NCBI RefSeq assembly: GCF_006345805.1
Contig: NC_043000.1
Coordinates: forward strand, 138,136,001-138,200,000
DNA from: Octopus sinensis
Taxonomy: Eukaryota
Direction: 5' to 3'
Length of the DNA stretch: 64,000 nucleotides
In this document: piece after piece, positions 63,990 to 64,000 of the stretch
How positions within the stretch are numbered: the stretch's first letter is position 1
Layout: every line of letters starts with the position of its first letter
The notes under the pieces: model-generated
The model's database searches: none
Told to the model about the DNA's origin: nothing
The model's input: the letters and a program-made list of their open reading frames with translations, nothing else
Translations under genes and position numbers: made by a program

Positions 63990-64000
63990 ATATATATATA
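63905..64000. repeat. (CA)n/(TA)n microsatellite
   Basis: Read directly. Confidence 0.95.

Overview
AT-rich, microsatellite-laden eukaryotic DNA, most consistent with an octopus/coleoid genome (inferred from the SINE repertoire and repeat landscape, not from a database search). No intact host gene could be assembled, so the window looks intronic or intergenic. It is dominated by several tRNA-headed SINE families that visibly share modules (labelled A, B, E, F, G, H here) and a (GAT)n-tailed retroposon 3' end (C). It also holds decayed DNA transposons (Tc1, mariner, piggyBac, hAT, Merlin-like, Helitron with a RepHel remnant), an RTE LINE fragment, a 53-bp minisatellite and a ~770-nt (GAA)n tract. 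Two things stand out. (1) At 60.3-62.2 kb (and 47.5 kb) there is a cluster of Penelope-like element remnants carrying hammerhead-ribozyme (HHR) motifs: one complete type I fold, one minimal variant, and two foldback hairpins broken inside HHR stem II. (2) Many local templated duplications and inversions occur, including a 463-bp-arm near-perfect palindrome whose spacer is stitched from two nearby loci by 2-nt microhomologies. Nearly all ORFs in the supplied track are artefacts of repeats.
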